Shown one piece after another: positions 13,240 through 26,507 of a stretch of 64,000 bases of DNA. How positions within the stretch are numbered: position 1 is the first letter of the stretch; each line of letters starts with the position of its first letter. The position numbers and the translations under genes were made by a program. The notes below the pieces were generated by a model. It was given only the letters and a program-made list of their open reading frames with translations. It did not search any database and was not told the DNA's origin. The stretch comes from Eledone cirrhosa (taxonomy: Eukaryota), in NCBI GenBank assembly GCA_964016885.1, contig OZ024751.1, positions 22,444,001 to 22,508,000 of the forward strand, given 5' to 3'.

Positions 13240-13800
13240 AGAAGAAAAATAAAAGAAAGAAAAAGAGGTAAAAGAAGAAGAAGAAGAAGAAGAAGAAGAA
13301 GAAGAAGAAGAAGAAGAAGAAGAAGAATGGAAGACAAAAAAGAAAGGAAAAGAGGAAAAAAGAAAAAGGAGAAAGACGAAGAAGAAGAAGAATGGGAGAG
13401 AAAAAAGAAAGGAAAAGAGGAAAAAAGAAAAAGGACAAAGACGAAGAAGAAGACGAATGGGAGAGAAAAAAGAAAGGAAAAGAGGAAAAAAGAAAAAGGA
13501 CAAAGACGAAGAAGAAGAAGAATGGGAGAGAAAAAAGAAAGGAAAAGAGGAAAAAAGAAAAAAGGACAAAGACGAAGAAGAAGAAGAATGGGAGAGAAAA
13601 AAGAAAGGAAAAGAGGAAAAAAGAAAAAGGAGAAAGACGAAGAAGAAGAAGAATGGGAGAGAAAAAAGAAAGGAAAAGAGGAAAAAAGAAAAAGGACAAA
13701 GACGAAGAAGAAGAAGAATGGGAGAGAAAAAAGAAAGGAAAAGAGGAAAAAAGAAAAAGGACAAAGACGAAGAAGAAGAAGAATGGGAGAGAAAAAAATG
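13240..13800. repeat. (GAA)n plus ~64-bp purine-rich tandem repeat
   Basis: gaatgggagagaaaaaagaaaggaaaagaggaaaaaagaaaaaggacaaagacgaagaagaa repeated about 7 times. Confidence 0.92.
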
Positions 13801-13874
13801 CAGAAAGAAGAGGAATGGATAAAAAGGAAGATTATTGAGTAACGAAAAAAAAAGGATAAGAATGATAAAAGCTG

Positions 13875-14262
13875 CATCAGCAGCAGTAGTAACAACAATA
13901 ACAACAACAGCAGCAGTAACAGCAGCAGTAACAACAGCAGCATTAGCAGCAACAGTAATGACAATAACAATAACAACAATAACAACAATAGCAATAGTAA
14001 CAACAACAACAGCAATAACAGTAGCAGCAGTAATAACAACAACAACAATAACAATAACGGTAACAACAACATCAATAACAGCAGCAGCAGTAGTAACAAC
14101 AACAATAACAACAACAGTAACAACAGCAGCAGTAACAGCAACAACAGCAGTAACAACAGCATTACTAACAACAACAGTAGCAGTAATAACAACAACAATA
14201 ACAACAGCAACAACGGCATTAAAAGTAGCTGTAACAACAACTACAGCAGGAACAACAACAGC
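13875..14262. repeat. Degenerate (AAC/AGC/AGT)n
   Basis: Direct inspection. Confidence 0.9.
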
Positions 14263-14404
14263 GACAGATAAAATCAAAATGGTAGACAATGGAATCATTT
14301 CAGCATTAAATCGTTAATTCGGAGTGTATTTGAGTGAGGAAATATATATAATGATGATTTGTAAATGGTTTATAAATTAATTTAATTAATTAATTAAAAA
14401 TATT

Positions 14405-14596
14405 AACAACGACAGCTGCAGTAACACTACCACCACTACCACCACCACCATCATCATCATCATCACTGTGGTCAACAATGGTGGTAGTAATGACAACAGC
14501 TGCAGTAACAACACCACCACCATCATCATCATCATCATCATCATCATCACTGTGGTCAACAATGGTGGTAGTAATGACAACAGCTGCAGTAACAAC

Positions 14597-14630
<34 letters not shown>

Positions 14631-14758
14631 CTGTGGTCAACAATGGTGGTAGTAATGACAACAGCTGCAGTAATATCACCACCACCACCACTGTCATCAT
14701 CATCATCATCACTGTGGTCAACAATGGTGGTAGTAATGACAACAGCTGCAGTAACAAC

Positions 14759-14792
<34 letters not shown>

Positions 14793-14842
14793 CTGTGGTC
14801 AACAATGGTGGTAGTAATGACAACAGCTGCAGTAACAACACC

Positions 14843-14873
<31 letters not shown>

Positions 14874-14923
14874 CTGTGGTCAACAATGGTGGTAGTAATG
14901 ACAACAGCTGCAGTAACAACACC

Positions 14924-14954
<31 letters not shown>

Positions 14955-15075
14955 CTGTGGTCAACAATGGTGGTAGTAATGACAACAGCTGCAGTAATAT
15001 CACCACCACCACCACCACCATCATCATCACTGTGGTCAACAATGGTGGTAGTAATGACAACAGCTGCAGTAACAA

Positions 15076-15107
<32 letters not shown>

Positions 15108-15232
15108 TCACTGTGGTCAACAATGGTGGTAGTAATGACAACAGCTGCAGTAACAACACCACCACCATCATCATCATCATCATCACTGTGGTCAACAATG
15201 GTGGTAGTAATGACAACAGCTGCAGTAATATC

Positions 15233-15266
<34 letters not shown>

Positions 15267-15316
15267 TCACTGTGGTCAACAATGGTGGTAGTAATGACAA
15301 CAGCTGCAGTAATATC

Positions 15317-15350
<34 letters not shown>

Positions 15351-15403
15351 CTGTGGTCAACAATGGTGGTAGTAATGACAACAGCTGCAGTAACAACACC
15401 ACC

Positions 15404-15434
<31 letters not shown>

Positions 15435-15487
15435 CTGTGGTCAACAATGGTGGTAGTAATGACAACAGCTGCAGTAACAACACCACC

Positions 15488-15518
<31 letters not shown>

Positions 15519-15590
15519 CTGTGGTCAACAATGGTGGTAGTAATGACAACAGCTGCAGTAATATCACCACCACCACCACTGTCATCATCA
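14405..15590. repeat. 75-84-bp minisatellite, 14 copies: constant core plus variable (CAC)n(CAT)m
   Basis: Core cactgtggtcaacaatggtggtagtaatgacaacagctgcagtaa is invariant. Confidence 0.95.
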
Positions 15591-15614
15591 ACAACAGCAA
15601 CAATGGCAGTAGTG

Positions 15615-15657
<43 letters not shown>

Positions 15658-16162
15658 CGACGACGTAACAAATAACAGTAATAGATCCACCACCTCCACC
15701 ACAGTTGCCGACAGCCACAACAACAATAACAACAGCAATAACAGCAAAACGACGACGACGACATCAACGTCATGAAGAGCGACGTCAACAACAACAGCAT
15801 CGTTTTTAACAGCAACAACGTCAACAACGTCAAAGACGATGACCTATAGCAAAACATTAACGACGTTGACAACACCGTCAACGACGTCAACAACGACATT
15901 AAGAACGCCGTCAACAAAACCAGCAGGAATAACACCACCACTACCACACCATCGTTGCCAACAGCAACGACGTCAACAACAACAACGACAAAAGCAAAAC
16001 GTCAACGCCGTCAACAACAACAACATGAGTAACACCACCACCACCATCGTTGCCAATGGCAACGACAAAAGCAGAACGTCAATGCCGTCAACGACGTAAA
16101 CAACGACATTAAGAACGTCAACAAAAACAGCTGGAGTAACGCCACCACCACCATCGTTGCCG

Positions 16163-16210
<48 letters not shown>

Positions 16211-17431
16211 GCAGCAGCAGCAGCAACAGCAACAGCAACAACAAAATTATATTCCTTGAAAGTGATTTCTTTTAAAATTAAAATTTATTATTAAACATTA
16301 AAAAAAAAAATTTCACTTTGATGTCTTCAATTATTTAACAATGATTAATTCTTTAGTTTATTAATATCTAATTAACTGTTGTTGTTGGTGGTGGTGGTAA
16401 TGTTGGTGGTGGTAGTGTTGATGGTGGTGGTAGTGTTGGTGGTGGTGGTGTTGGTGGTGGTAGTGTTGGTGGTGGTAGTTTTGTTGTTGTTGTTGTTGGT
16501 GGTGGTAGTGTTGGTGGTGGTAGTGTTGGTGGTGGTAGTTTTGTTGGTGGTGGTGGTGGTGGTATTGGTGGTGGTGGTATTGGTGGTGGTAGTGTTGGTG
16601 GTGGTAGTGTTGGTGGTGGTATTGGTGGTGGTGGTGGTGGTGGTGGTGGTGGTATTGGTGGTGGTGTTGGTGGTGGTAGTGTTGGTGGTGGTAGTGTTGG
16701 TGGTGGTCTTGGTGGTAGTGGTGGTGGTGGTGGTGGTGTTGGTGTTGTTGCAGCAATAGTCAGTGTTGTTGTTACAGCTGTACTTATTTTTGCACCTCAA
16801 CCATACCATCACCACACCACACTTCACCACACCACCACTACACTGGAACCAGAGCACTACACCACATCACTACCGCCGCATCACCACTACAGTACACCGC
16901 CACACCATTGTAACCAGAGCACTACACCACACCACCACCACTACACACCACTGGAACCAAAACACTACACCACACCACCACTACACCACACTACACCACT
17001 GGAACCAGAGCACTACACCACATCACTACCGCCGCATCACCACTACAGTACACCGCCACACCATTGTAACCAGAGCACTACACCACACCACCACCACTAC
17101 ACACCACTGGAACCAAAACACTACACCACACCACCACTACACCACCACTACACCACACTACACCACTGGAACCAGAGCACTACACCACCACTGGAACCAG
17201 AGCACTACACCACACCACCACCACTACACTACACTACACCACTGGAACCAGAGCACTACACCACGCCACCACTACACCACACCACCACCACTAGACTACA
17301 CCACAGTGGAAGACCAACGATAAAATGCTAAGTACTAATAAGTCAATTGTCCTTTCAGACAATCAATTATTTCTGGCATTTCTTTTTACCATTTTTGTCC
17401 TGGCTGCCATTCTAACAACTAACAACACTCC

Positions 17432-17494
<63 letters not shown>

Positions 17495-17508
17495 GCACAG
17501 CTACTACC

Positions 17509-17567
<59 letters not shown>

Positions 17568-17690
17568 CACAGCCACCACCACTACGACAACCACCACCAC
17601 TACTACTACCCACAACTGCCACCACCACCACTACTACTACCACTACTACCTCCACCATTACTACTACTACTACTACTACTACACTATAGT
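15590..17690. repeat. Run of (AAC)n, (GGT)n, the cactggaaccagagcactacacc minisatellite and (CTA)n
   Basis: Direct inspection. Confidence 0.9.
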
Positions 17691-17965
17691 AGTACCAGTA
17701 ATTAACACACTGACCTTACATCTATACTAATATAACCCCACCACTACTACAAAGAATTCAACTATTTCGTGCTACCCAGGATCTCTTCTATATGAGTGTG
17801 TGTGTCTGTGTGTGCATATGTGCGTGTGCGTGTGTGTGTGTAAACACATAATCACACACACTTACACATACACACACACACACATACTTACACACTGAAA
17901 TGCTCGTTTAAACAAATATATACGTAATGATACTTCTGTGTGAAATTGTGTATACATATATATAT

Positions 17966-18152
17966 AATTGTTTCTACTTTTGGCACAAGGCCAGCAATTT
18001 CCCAGTACATTACTGGTACTTTATTTTATCGACCCCGTGAGGATGAAAGGCAAAGTTGACCTCGGCGGGATTTGAACTCAGAATGGAAAGGGCCGTAACT
18101 CTATGCGCCAAAGAATGACGTCCAACCCTCTACCGATACTGCCAATCCACCA
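17966..18152 (-). mobile_element. SINE family 1 (short type), full length
   Basis: Reverse complement of 4308-4502. Confidence 0.9.
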
Positions 18153-18179
18153 AAACACACGCACATGCATATGATATTA

Positions 18180-18210
<31 letters not shown>

Positions 18211-18218
18211 CATAGTTG

Positions 18219-18265
<47 letters not shown>

Positions 18266-18480
18266 GTATATGTGTGTATATGTGTGTATATGTGTCTGTG
18301 TGAGTGTGTGTGGCGTATATATATATGTATATATATATAGAGAGAGTGTGAGACATACACATAAGCATGTACATATACATTTGTATACAGGTAATTATAA
18401 ATGTGTATATATATATATATATGTATATATGTATATATATATATATATACCCTCGGGGTCCTGACTCTTTTCCTATATAT

Positions 18481-18514
<34 letters not shown>

Positions 18515-19173
18515 GTGTATTTCTTTGTATTGTTTATATATATATATATCACCAATATTCATTCGATGTGTGTATATGTTGTATGCACCTACAAATCTCT
18601 GCGTATAATATGTATATATACATTAATATGCATCTACACACACATACAACAACATGTACACACACATGTACATACACACACATCTACATATACACGTACA
18701 CTATCCTTGAAGACAATATACCCTATATATAACAACGTAGGTGTATTTAAAGGGTGTGAGTTTTATTTCTGTTCTGACTCATATGTTAGACTCATATGTT
18801 AGACTCTTCGCCCGCCACTACCCTCTTTACACACACACACACACACACACACATACACACACACACACACTATATATATATAAGCACGTACATGCATATA
18901 TATATTCACATACATGTACCTATACACACATATAGACATGCCCACCCGCATTTGTTTATATACACAAATATGAGTGCGCATGCACCAAACACAAGCACAT
19001 ATACAGGTACATATAGATGCAGACATGTCAATACACACACACACACACATACACACACACACGTATATATACATGCACTCACACACAAACCCACGTATTT
19101 CTCTGAATGGCTGAGTAAATGATTTTCCAGATTAACCATTTATACTTGTTGCAGTAAGAATGCCCTTTAAGAC

Positions 19174-19204
<31 letters not shown>

Positions 19205-19281
19205 ATGTGTGGTGTAGTGTGGTGTGGTGTGGTGAGGTGTGGTGTGGTGTGGTGGTGTGTGTGTGTATGTATGTGTGTGCA

Positions 19282-19418
19282 CAGGGTGGCGCAAAAGTAA
19301 TCCACCGCCATAATCATCATTTTACGAACATTTATCATATTTACTTACAAAAATAACAAATATAATGATATTATGGCAAAGTGTTATTTTATTGGTGCGT
19401 GACTTTTGAGCCACTCTG
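19282..19418. mobile_element. Tc1/mariner-type MITE
   Basis: TIRs cagggtggcgcaaaagt / acttttgagccactctg, with TA on the right and CA on the left. Confidence 0.7.
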
Positions 19419-19438
19419 TATATGTGTGTGTGTGTATG

Positions 19439-19534
19439 TATGAAAAAGAAGTTGGAAATGCAATTGGATTTTTTAAGAATTTATTGTAAGTACATCTTAA
19501 AGATTCCCATTGCATTTTCAACTTCTTTTTCATA
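19439..19534. repeat. Imperfect ~40-bp-arm inverted repeat
   Basis: tatgaaaaagaagttggaaatgcaat... / ...attgcattttcaacttctttttcata. Confidence 0.85.
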
Positions 19535-19718
19535 AATCTTTTATCCATGTGGGATATAAAAAAACATTATATATATATATATATATATACGTGTGTATGT
19601 GTGTGTATGCATTTGGCAGATTTTTCAGATTTTCTGAGACTTCGCCTGAAGAAAACATAGAATATTTCTCCTAAAGCCTGAGTAATAATTTGTATTTCAT
19701 ACCACCACCACCAACAGT

Positions 19719-19754
<36 letters not shown>

Positions 19755-19756
<2 letters not shown>

Positions 19757-20292
19757 GATGCAAGATCAGAACAGTGGTATATATTATATAATCTAGTATA
19801 GACTGTTTTTTATAGCTAGCTTGCAATATCAGAGCTTTGGTGTATGATATGATATAATACATATATTGTTTTATATAGCTGACTTGCAAGATCAGAGCTG
19901 TGGTATGATATAATATATACTGTTTTATATAGCTGGCTTGCAATATCAGATCTGAAACGTATGATATTATATAAAATATACTGCTTTGTAAAGCTTGTTT
20001 GGAAGATCAGATCCATGGTATACGATATTATATAATATATACTGTTTTGTAAAGCTTGTTTGCAATATCAGATCTGTGGTATATGATATAATATAATATA
20101 TATTGTCATTATAGCTGGCTTGGAAGGCTTAGTGTTGCAGTATATATTCGATATAGTATATATTGTTTTGTATAGTTGACTTGCAATACCAGAACTTTGC
20201 TCGCAAGATCATAACCGTAGTATCTATGATATAATATATACTGTTTTGTTTAACTGGTTAACTGGCATGCAATATCAGATCCGTGATATATA

Positions 20293-20339
<47 letters not shown>

Positions 20340-20460
20340 ATAGCTTGTTTGAGAAATCAGATCCATGGTATATATGATATAATATATACTGTTCTGTTTA
20401 GCTGGTTTGCAAGATCGATGGCTGTTGATGGTATCATATGATATAATACGTGCTGTTTTG
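19755..20460. repeat. Degenerate ~60-bp tandem repeat
   Basis: gcttgcaatatcaga...tatgatataatatatactgtttt recurs about 10 times. Confidence 0.85.
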
Positions 20461-20589
20461 TGCAGGCGAAGTTGATATAACTGGGCTATTATTTACACAA
20501 TAATTATACATTTGCAAACACTTTTCTACGTCTAATTTTCTTAGTTTATGTTTGAAGTTTTCACAATGTTCTCCATATTCTCGGTCATA

Positions 20590-20745
20590 GCCATCATTAT
20601 AGAGAGAACATTTATTTAACAGCTTAATAACTTCGCCAAATTTAGAGACTATTATTAACTGTTCAGCTATAATTTTTTTCCGTTCTGTCATAATCTACAT
20701 TTTATTTTCTCTTACTTTTATAATATCCATGCTACTGCGTTGGGA
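20590..20745 (-). pseudogene. Possible decayed Penelope-like GIY-YIG endonuclease C-terminus
   Basis: Across frameshifts it reads KCRL-TERKKII...KLLNKCS, resembling CxLCxxExxxI...LLNKRSE at PLE ORF ends; adjacent to (TA)n. Confidence 0.35.
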
Positions 20746-20797
20746 AAGAGACATTTAACACCTCACATATGTAATGTCCCCTTTTCATAAATTGCTG

Positions 20798-20803
20798 GTA
20801 TAT

Positions 20804-20897
<94 letters not shown>

Positions 20898-21009
20898 CAT
20901 ATATATATATAATTATATATATATATATAATCATATATATATATATATAATCATATATATATATAATCATATATATATATATATATATATATAATCATAT
21001 ATATATATA

Positions 21010-21045
<36 letters not shown>

Positions 21046-21081
21046 CATATATATATATATAATCATATATATATATATATA

Positions 21082-21121
<40 letters not shown>

Positions 21122-21205
21122 CATATATATATATATATATAATTATATATATGTTTGCAAAAAGTAAACAGACATAACAAAGCAAACGATACAGTACAAT
21201 AAAGA

Positions 21206-21238
<33 letters not shown>

Positions 21239-21264
21239 TCAATATGTATGTATATCAATATATG

Positions 21265-21310
<46 letters not shown>

Positions 21311-21461
21311 TATATATATTATAAATAAATATATATTTATAAATAAATAAATGTCAATATATATATATATATATATATGTATACATATTGATCATCATCA
21401 ACATCATCATATATAATACATATATATATATTGATATTTATATGTATACATATTGATGTAT

Positions 21462-21499
<38 letters not shown>

Positions 21500-21540
21500 C
21501 CATGTATATATATATATATATATAAATATATATATATATC

Positions 21541-21587
<47 letters not shown>
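20798..21587. repeat. (TA)n-based tract with aatc interruptions
   Basis: Direct inspection. Confidence 0.95.
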
Positions 21588-21589
<2 letters not shown>

Positions 21590-21690
21590 TTTACTCGATC
21601 CACTTAAAGGGCCTCTGATTAATTTTTTATGTTCAGAAAAAAATAGCTAAAGAGGTAAATAAAAATAAAAAGCTGAAGAAAGGGAGAGAA

Positions 21691-22021
21691 ATAATTGTTT
21701 CTACTTTAGACACAAGGCCAGCAATTATCAGTGCATTACTGGTACTTTATTTTATCGACCCCGTAAGGATGAAAGGCAAAGTTAACCTCGGTGGTATTCG
21801 AACTCAGAATGGCAAGGGCCGTAACTGTGCGTCAAAGCATAGCGTCCGACCCGCTACCGATACTGGCAATCCACCGCCCTTGGAGTAAATAATAAAGGTT
21901 TCTGACATAGGCACAAGGCCAGCAATCTTGAGAGAGGGGAAAGTCGATTAAATCGACCCCAGTGTGTTGCTGGTACTTTATTTTTATCGACACCGTAAGG
22001 ATGAAAGGCAAAGCTAACCTA
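21691..22021 (-). mobile_element. SINE family 1 tandem pair (short type 21691-21879; truncated long type 21890-22021)
   Basis: Two consecutive reverse copies. Confidence 0.88.
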
Positions 22022-22543
22022 GACATAATAATAATAATAATAAATTCTCTCTGCGTTAATTCTGTGTATTTACCGAATAAATCATCATCATCGTCATCAT
22101 CATTTAATGTCCGTTTTCCCATGATGGCGGAGAGTTAAACGCAGCAACAACAACAGTAACAATAGCAACGAGCGTAAATTCAATGCTCTTTATTTGTGTG
22201 TTAGTATTTCTCCAGAGTAAATAAATGTTTTATTAATAAAAAGAGAAAGATTCCCCCGAAATATAATTGGACCTTTCATAATAATATTTTCCAGTGAATC
22301 GGAAAGACAATATCTTCTTCTGGCTTAATGTTTTGATTACATGCAATAACTTCCACAACTAGCAGACTTGTGATGCGTGTGTATGTTGTATGTATGTGTT
22401 GTGTATGTGAGTGTATGTGTTGTGTCTATGTGTGCGTGCGTCTTGGTGTATGTATGCATGTTGCCATCTATATGTGCTTCCCTGTATGCATTTTATGATA
22501 TATATATATGTATATACATGAGTGTATCTGCGTACTTGTGTCC

Positions 22544-22635
<92 letters not shown>

Positions 22636-22844
22636 GTGTTTGCGTGTGTCTAGTATTACTGAAAGTGGCGCCATCTTTCTCCGCAGTTAATACCATTCTG
22701 TTCAGTTGGAATCAACATTTGACATAAGAACGTTCTAGAATCTGCTGTACTAGATTCTGTCGTTCTATATACATATACACACACATAACAACAACAATAG
22801 CTCACAGAAACACACACACATACAATTACATCGACTGACGTTTT

Positions 22845-22934
<90 letters not shown>

Positions 22935-23059
22935 AACAACAACAGCACACAAACACACACACAATTACATCAACTAATATTTACAAACACACTCACAACA
23001 GCAACAACGACACACAGAAAAACACACATATATAGATAGAAGTACACAGGCTGATATTC

Positions 23060-23558
23060 AATCGACCCCACTACATGACTGGTACTTTATAGTCTCTATT
23101 CCGAAAGGATGAAAAACCAGCCTGATGTTGATAGGGTCTGAACTCAAAACAAAGAAATTGAATAAATAAATACATCAACGACATATTGATATAATTGTTT
23201 CTACTTTAGGCACAAGGCCAGCAATTATCCCAGTACATCACTGGTACTTTATTTTATCGACCCCGTAAGGATGAAAGGCAAAGTTAACCTCAGCAAGATT
23301 TGAACTCAGAGCGCCAATACTGCCAATCCACTACCCGCACTCGCAATAATAATGGTTTCTTATATAGGCACAAGGCCAGCAATTTTAGGGGAGGGGATAG
23401 TCGATTAAATCGACCCCAGTGCATTACTGGTGCTTTATTTTATCGACCCAGTAAGGATGAAAGGCAAAGCTAACTAACCTTGGCAGGATTTGAACTCAGA
23501 ACGTAAAGGGCCATAACTATATGCTGAAAAGCATGGCGTCCGACGCTCTACCGATACT
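23060..23558 (-). mobile_element. SINE family 1 cluster (relic 23060-23150; short 23191-23335; long 23346-23558)
   Basis: Reverse-complement matches to family 1. Confidence 0.85.
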
Positions 23559-23751
23559 AACAATAAAAATAATAACACCATGCAAAATTTATTGATTGTC
23601 TAATGCTATCTCAACTGGCTGAAGAATTATTGTCAATGCAAAATAAACCAGATTTTATATCTGGAAATAAATGACATCGAAAAATAGTTAAGAGATTCTG
23701 ATACAGTTTTAATATGTTTTAGTTTAGAATATATTTCTTCTTTTTCACCAT

Positions 23752-23802
<51 letters not shown>

Positions 23803-24114
23803 AAAAATCAAATTCTTCTGGAAATGAAATCTTGATAAACTATTTCGATGATTTTATAGAAACCAGAGAGAGATCTTAAAAATGTTAAATATAAAATAAG
23901 TATAAAATAAATATAAAATAAATATAAAATAAATATAAAATAAATATAAAATAAATATAAAATAAATATAAAATAAATAAAAATTATAACCATTATTGAA
24001 GTTTTAGAAAATAAACTAAAATATATTTCTATCATGGGAGGTTGAAATGATTATATGTAGTTTTCATACAGATTAATCTCATCTTGGCAATAAATGAATA
24101 TATTTCAGTGCAGC

Positions 24115-24250
24115 GAAGGTTAGAAGGTTAGAACGTTGAGGTATTACTTCCGACTCTCTACTCATTGAGTTCAAATCCTGCCGAGGTCAACTTTGCCTTT
24201 CATCCAATCGAAGTCGATAAAAAGTATCAGTTTAGTACTGGGGATCGATT
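24115..24250 (+). mobile_element. Diverged SINE family 1
   Basis: gagttcaaatcctgccgaggtcaactttgcctttcatcc. Confidence 0.7.
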
Positions 24251-24395
24251 TTTACTCTGTATTTCTTTCTCATTTGTGTGACAATTGATTGCAAAATGTG
24301 TGTCTTATCAAATTTAGCTTCAGGTGCCAGGTTGACACTCGGCATGATTTGGAAAGAAGCAGAACTCAAAGGAAGTTTCAAATGATAATAATAAT

Positions 24396-24587
24396 AATTG
24401 TTCTACTTTTGACACAAGGTCAGCAATTACCCCAGTGCATTACTGGTGCTTTATTTTATCGACCCCGTAAAGATGAAAGCCAAAGTTAACGTGGGTGGGA
24501 TTTGAATTCAGATCGTAAAGGGCTGTAACTCTACGCTGAAAAGCATGGTGTCTGACGCTCTACCAATTCTGCCAAACCACCACCCTT
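24396..24587 (-). mobile_element. SINE family 1 (short type), full length, (AAT)n on both sides
   Basis: Reverse-complement match. Confidence 0.88.
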
Positions 24588-24592
24588 ATAAT

Positions 24593-24623
<31 letters not shown>

Positions 24624-25244
24624 TGTATCCGAGTGTAAACACCTAGCCCAGACTCACTATAAAGGCTGGAGACATGATGTGATGGGCAGGGTGATCCACT
24701 GGCACCTATGCAAAGTAAACAATTTACCACATTCTGGGAAGTGGTATGAGCATAAGCCAGAGTCGGTAATAGAAAACGATCAGGTGAAGGTGTTGTGGGA
24801 TTTCAGGATACAGACGGACAAGAAATTAGAACACAATAGACCTGACCTGGTGGTTTTTGACAAGGAAAAAAGATGGTGCCTGATTGTAGATGTAGCCTTC
24901 CCATTTGACACGAGAGTGGAAGAAAAGGAGAGGGAGATAATTAACAGATACCTGGATTTAAAGTGGGAGTTAAAAAGGATTTGGGACTGTCATGAGATCA
25001 AAGTCGTCCCGATTGTCATAGGTGCACTAGGTACTATCTCAAAGAGTTTCCAGGGCTGGTTAAAGAAGATTAGTCCAGTCCCGTTTTTTGGAACACTTCA
25101 AAAGGCATGCTTGCCGGGAACAGCAACAACCCTCCGATACGTCCTGAATATCTGAGGCTGCAGGTAGCGGCTTGATGTTCATTTGAACAAACTTTCCAAT
25201 TAAATAACATCAATGACTGAGACTCAAAGAATAATAATAATAAT
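24624..25244 (+). mobile_element. 5'-truncated R4/Dong-clade non-LTR retrotransposon (end of zinc knuckle, restriction-like endonuclease and 3' UTR) inserted in (TAA)n
   Basis: Frame 24625-25155 reads VSECKHLAQTHYKGWRHD...WYEHKPESVIEN...LWDFRIQTD...NRPDLVV...IVDVAFP...VPIVIGALG...LQKACLPGTA; (TAA)n on both flanks. Confidence 0.9.
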
Positions 25245-25265
25245 AGAAATGAATAGGAGACTTAC

Positions 25266-25547
25266 ACTCAAAACAAGCATATTCTATTGAATATTCTGCT
25301 GTATATGGAGTCAACCGATTACAGGCAGGAGTGTGTAATTGTAAAACACAATGATTAGTTCTGTTACACATTCTTCTAAGGTATTTAAGACAACCCTTGA
25401 CAAACGTCCGACGGACCCTAGATGTGATGGAGATGACTACTACCCATCCATTTCTCCAGCAGCCTATTGACGTACTGCTCAGTCCGGCTGAACATGTCGG
25501 TATCTTGAAATCGGGTCGAGGTTTGATGATCGGACATCGATGGTTAT
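25266..25547 (-). CDS. Internal coding exon (282 nt, phase 1-1) encoding a Cys-rich extracellular module, divergent SUEL/Gal_lectin-like
   Basis: Acceptor tctctctttccag, donor gtaagt, length divisible by 3, open frame NHRCPIIKPRPDFKIPTCSAGLSSTSIGCWRNGWVVVISITSRVRRTFVKGCLKYLRRMCNRTNHCVLQLHTPACNRLTPYTAEYSIEYACFE. Confidence 0.75.
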
Positions 25548-26084
25548 CTGGAAAGAGAGAGAAAGAGAGAGAGAGAAAGAGAGTGAGTGAGCAGAAAATA
25601 TGATTAAAATAATAATAATAAAAATGCAACCTATATGTAGTAAAGTTGCAGACGAAAGAAAAATGAAATACGTAGGAGGAATGTACACATGCATCTATTT
25701 TCCATCTCAGTCACTCCTGGGCAATGGAATTTCGTGCATAAGTGTGTTATTGCATAATATCAATACATATAAAGATATATACATATATACATATGTATGT
25801 ACTTACACACACACACATATATATACATATATATATATATGTGCGTAGAAATGTCTGTGATCTCCAGCAGACAACTGATGAAGGGAAATATTCCTCGTTC
25901 ATGCTTTCCTCTTATTTCTAAAGACACTTTATCTTCTAAAAATTATATATATATATATATATATATAGTAACAATAAGAATAAATGTGAAGACTAAAATC
26001 CGAAGAAGGCTCGATAAGGATAATATATATATATATATATATATAAATATTATAAAAACCGTAGAGCAAATATTCATTAGAATA

Positions 26085-26328
<244 letters not shown>

Positions 26329-26507
26329 ATACACAAACACACAGACAGACAGACACATATATATATTAAAAGGTTAAGAAAACGTTCTTTAAAATTTCTT
26401 TAAATCAGATTGACATTCGTACTGAATAAAATTTAATTTAAAGAGTAAACGCTTTTGTTGTTGAATCAACACTTCAGACTGACTTTTCGACTTTACTAAG
26501 CTTCGGC

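Noticed and set aside
14405-15590. CRISPR-like look (constant repeat with variable spacers)
   Set aside because: The spacers are only CAC/CAT runs, the context is eukaryotic and no cas genes are present.
19095-19172. Minus-strand island with tag acceptor and gtgggt donor
   Set aside because: No polypyrimidine tract and no recognisable peptide.
22650-22765. Minus-strand unique island as a possible exon
   Set aside because: Weak splice sites and no recognisable peptide.
24396-25244. Dong LINE as the partner that mobilises SINE family 1
   Set aside because: No shared 3' end; the tails are (ATT)n versus (TAA)n in their own sense, that is, opposite strands of the repeat.
25875-25900. ctgatga followed by a small hairpin
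   Set aside because: No GAAA or stem III follows.
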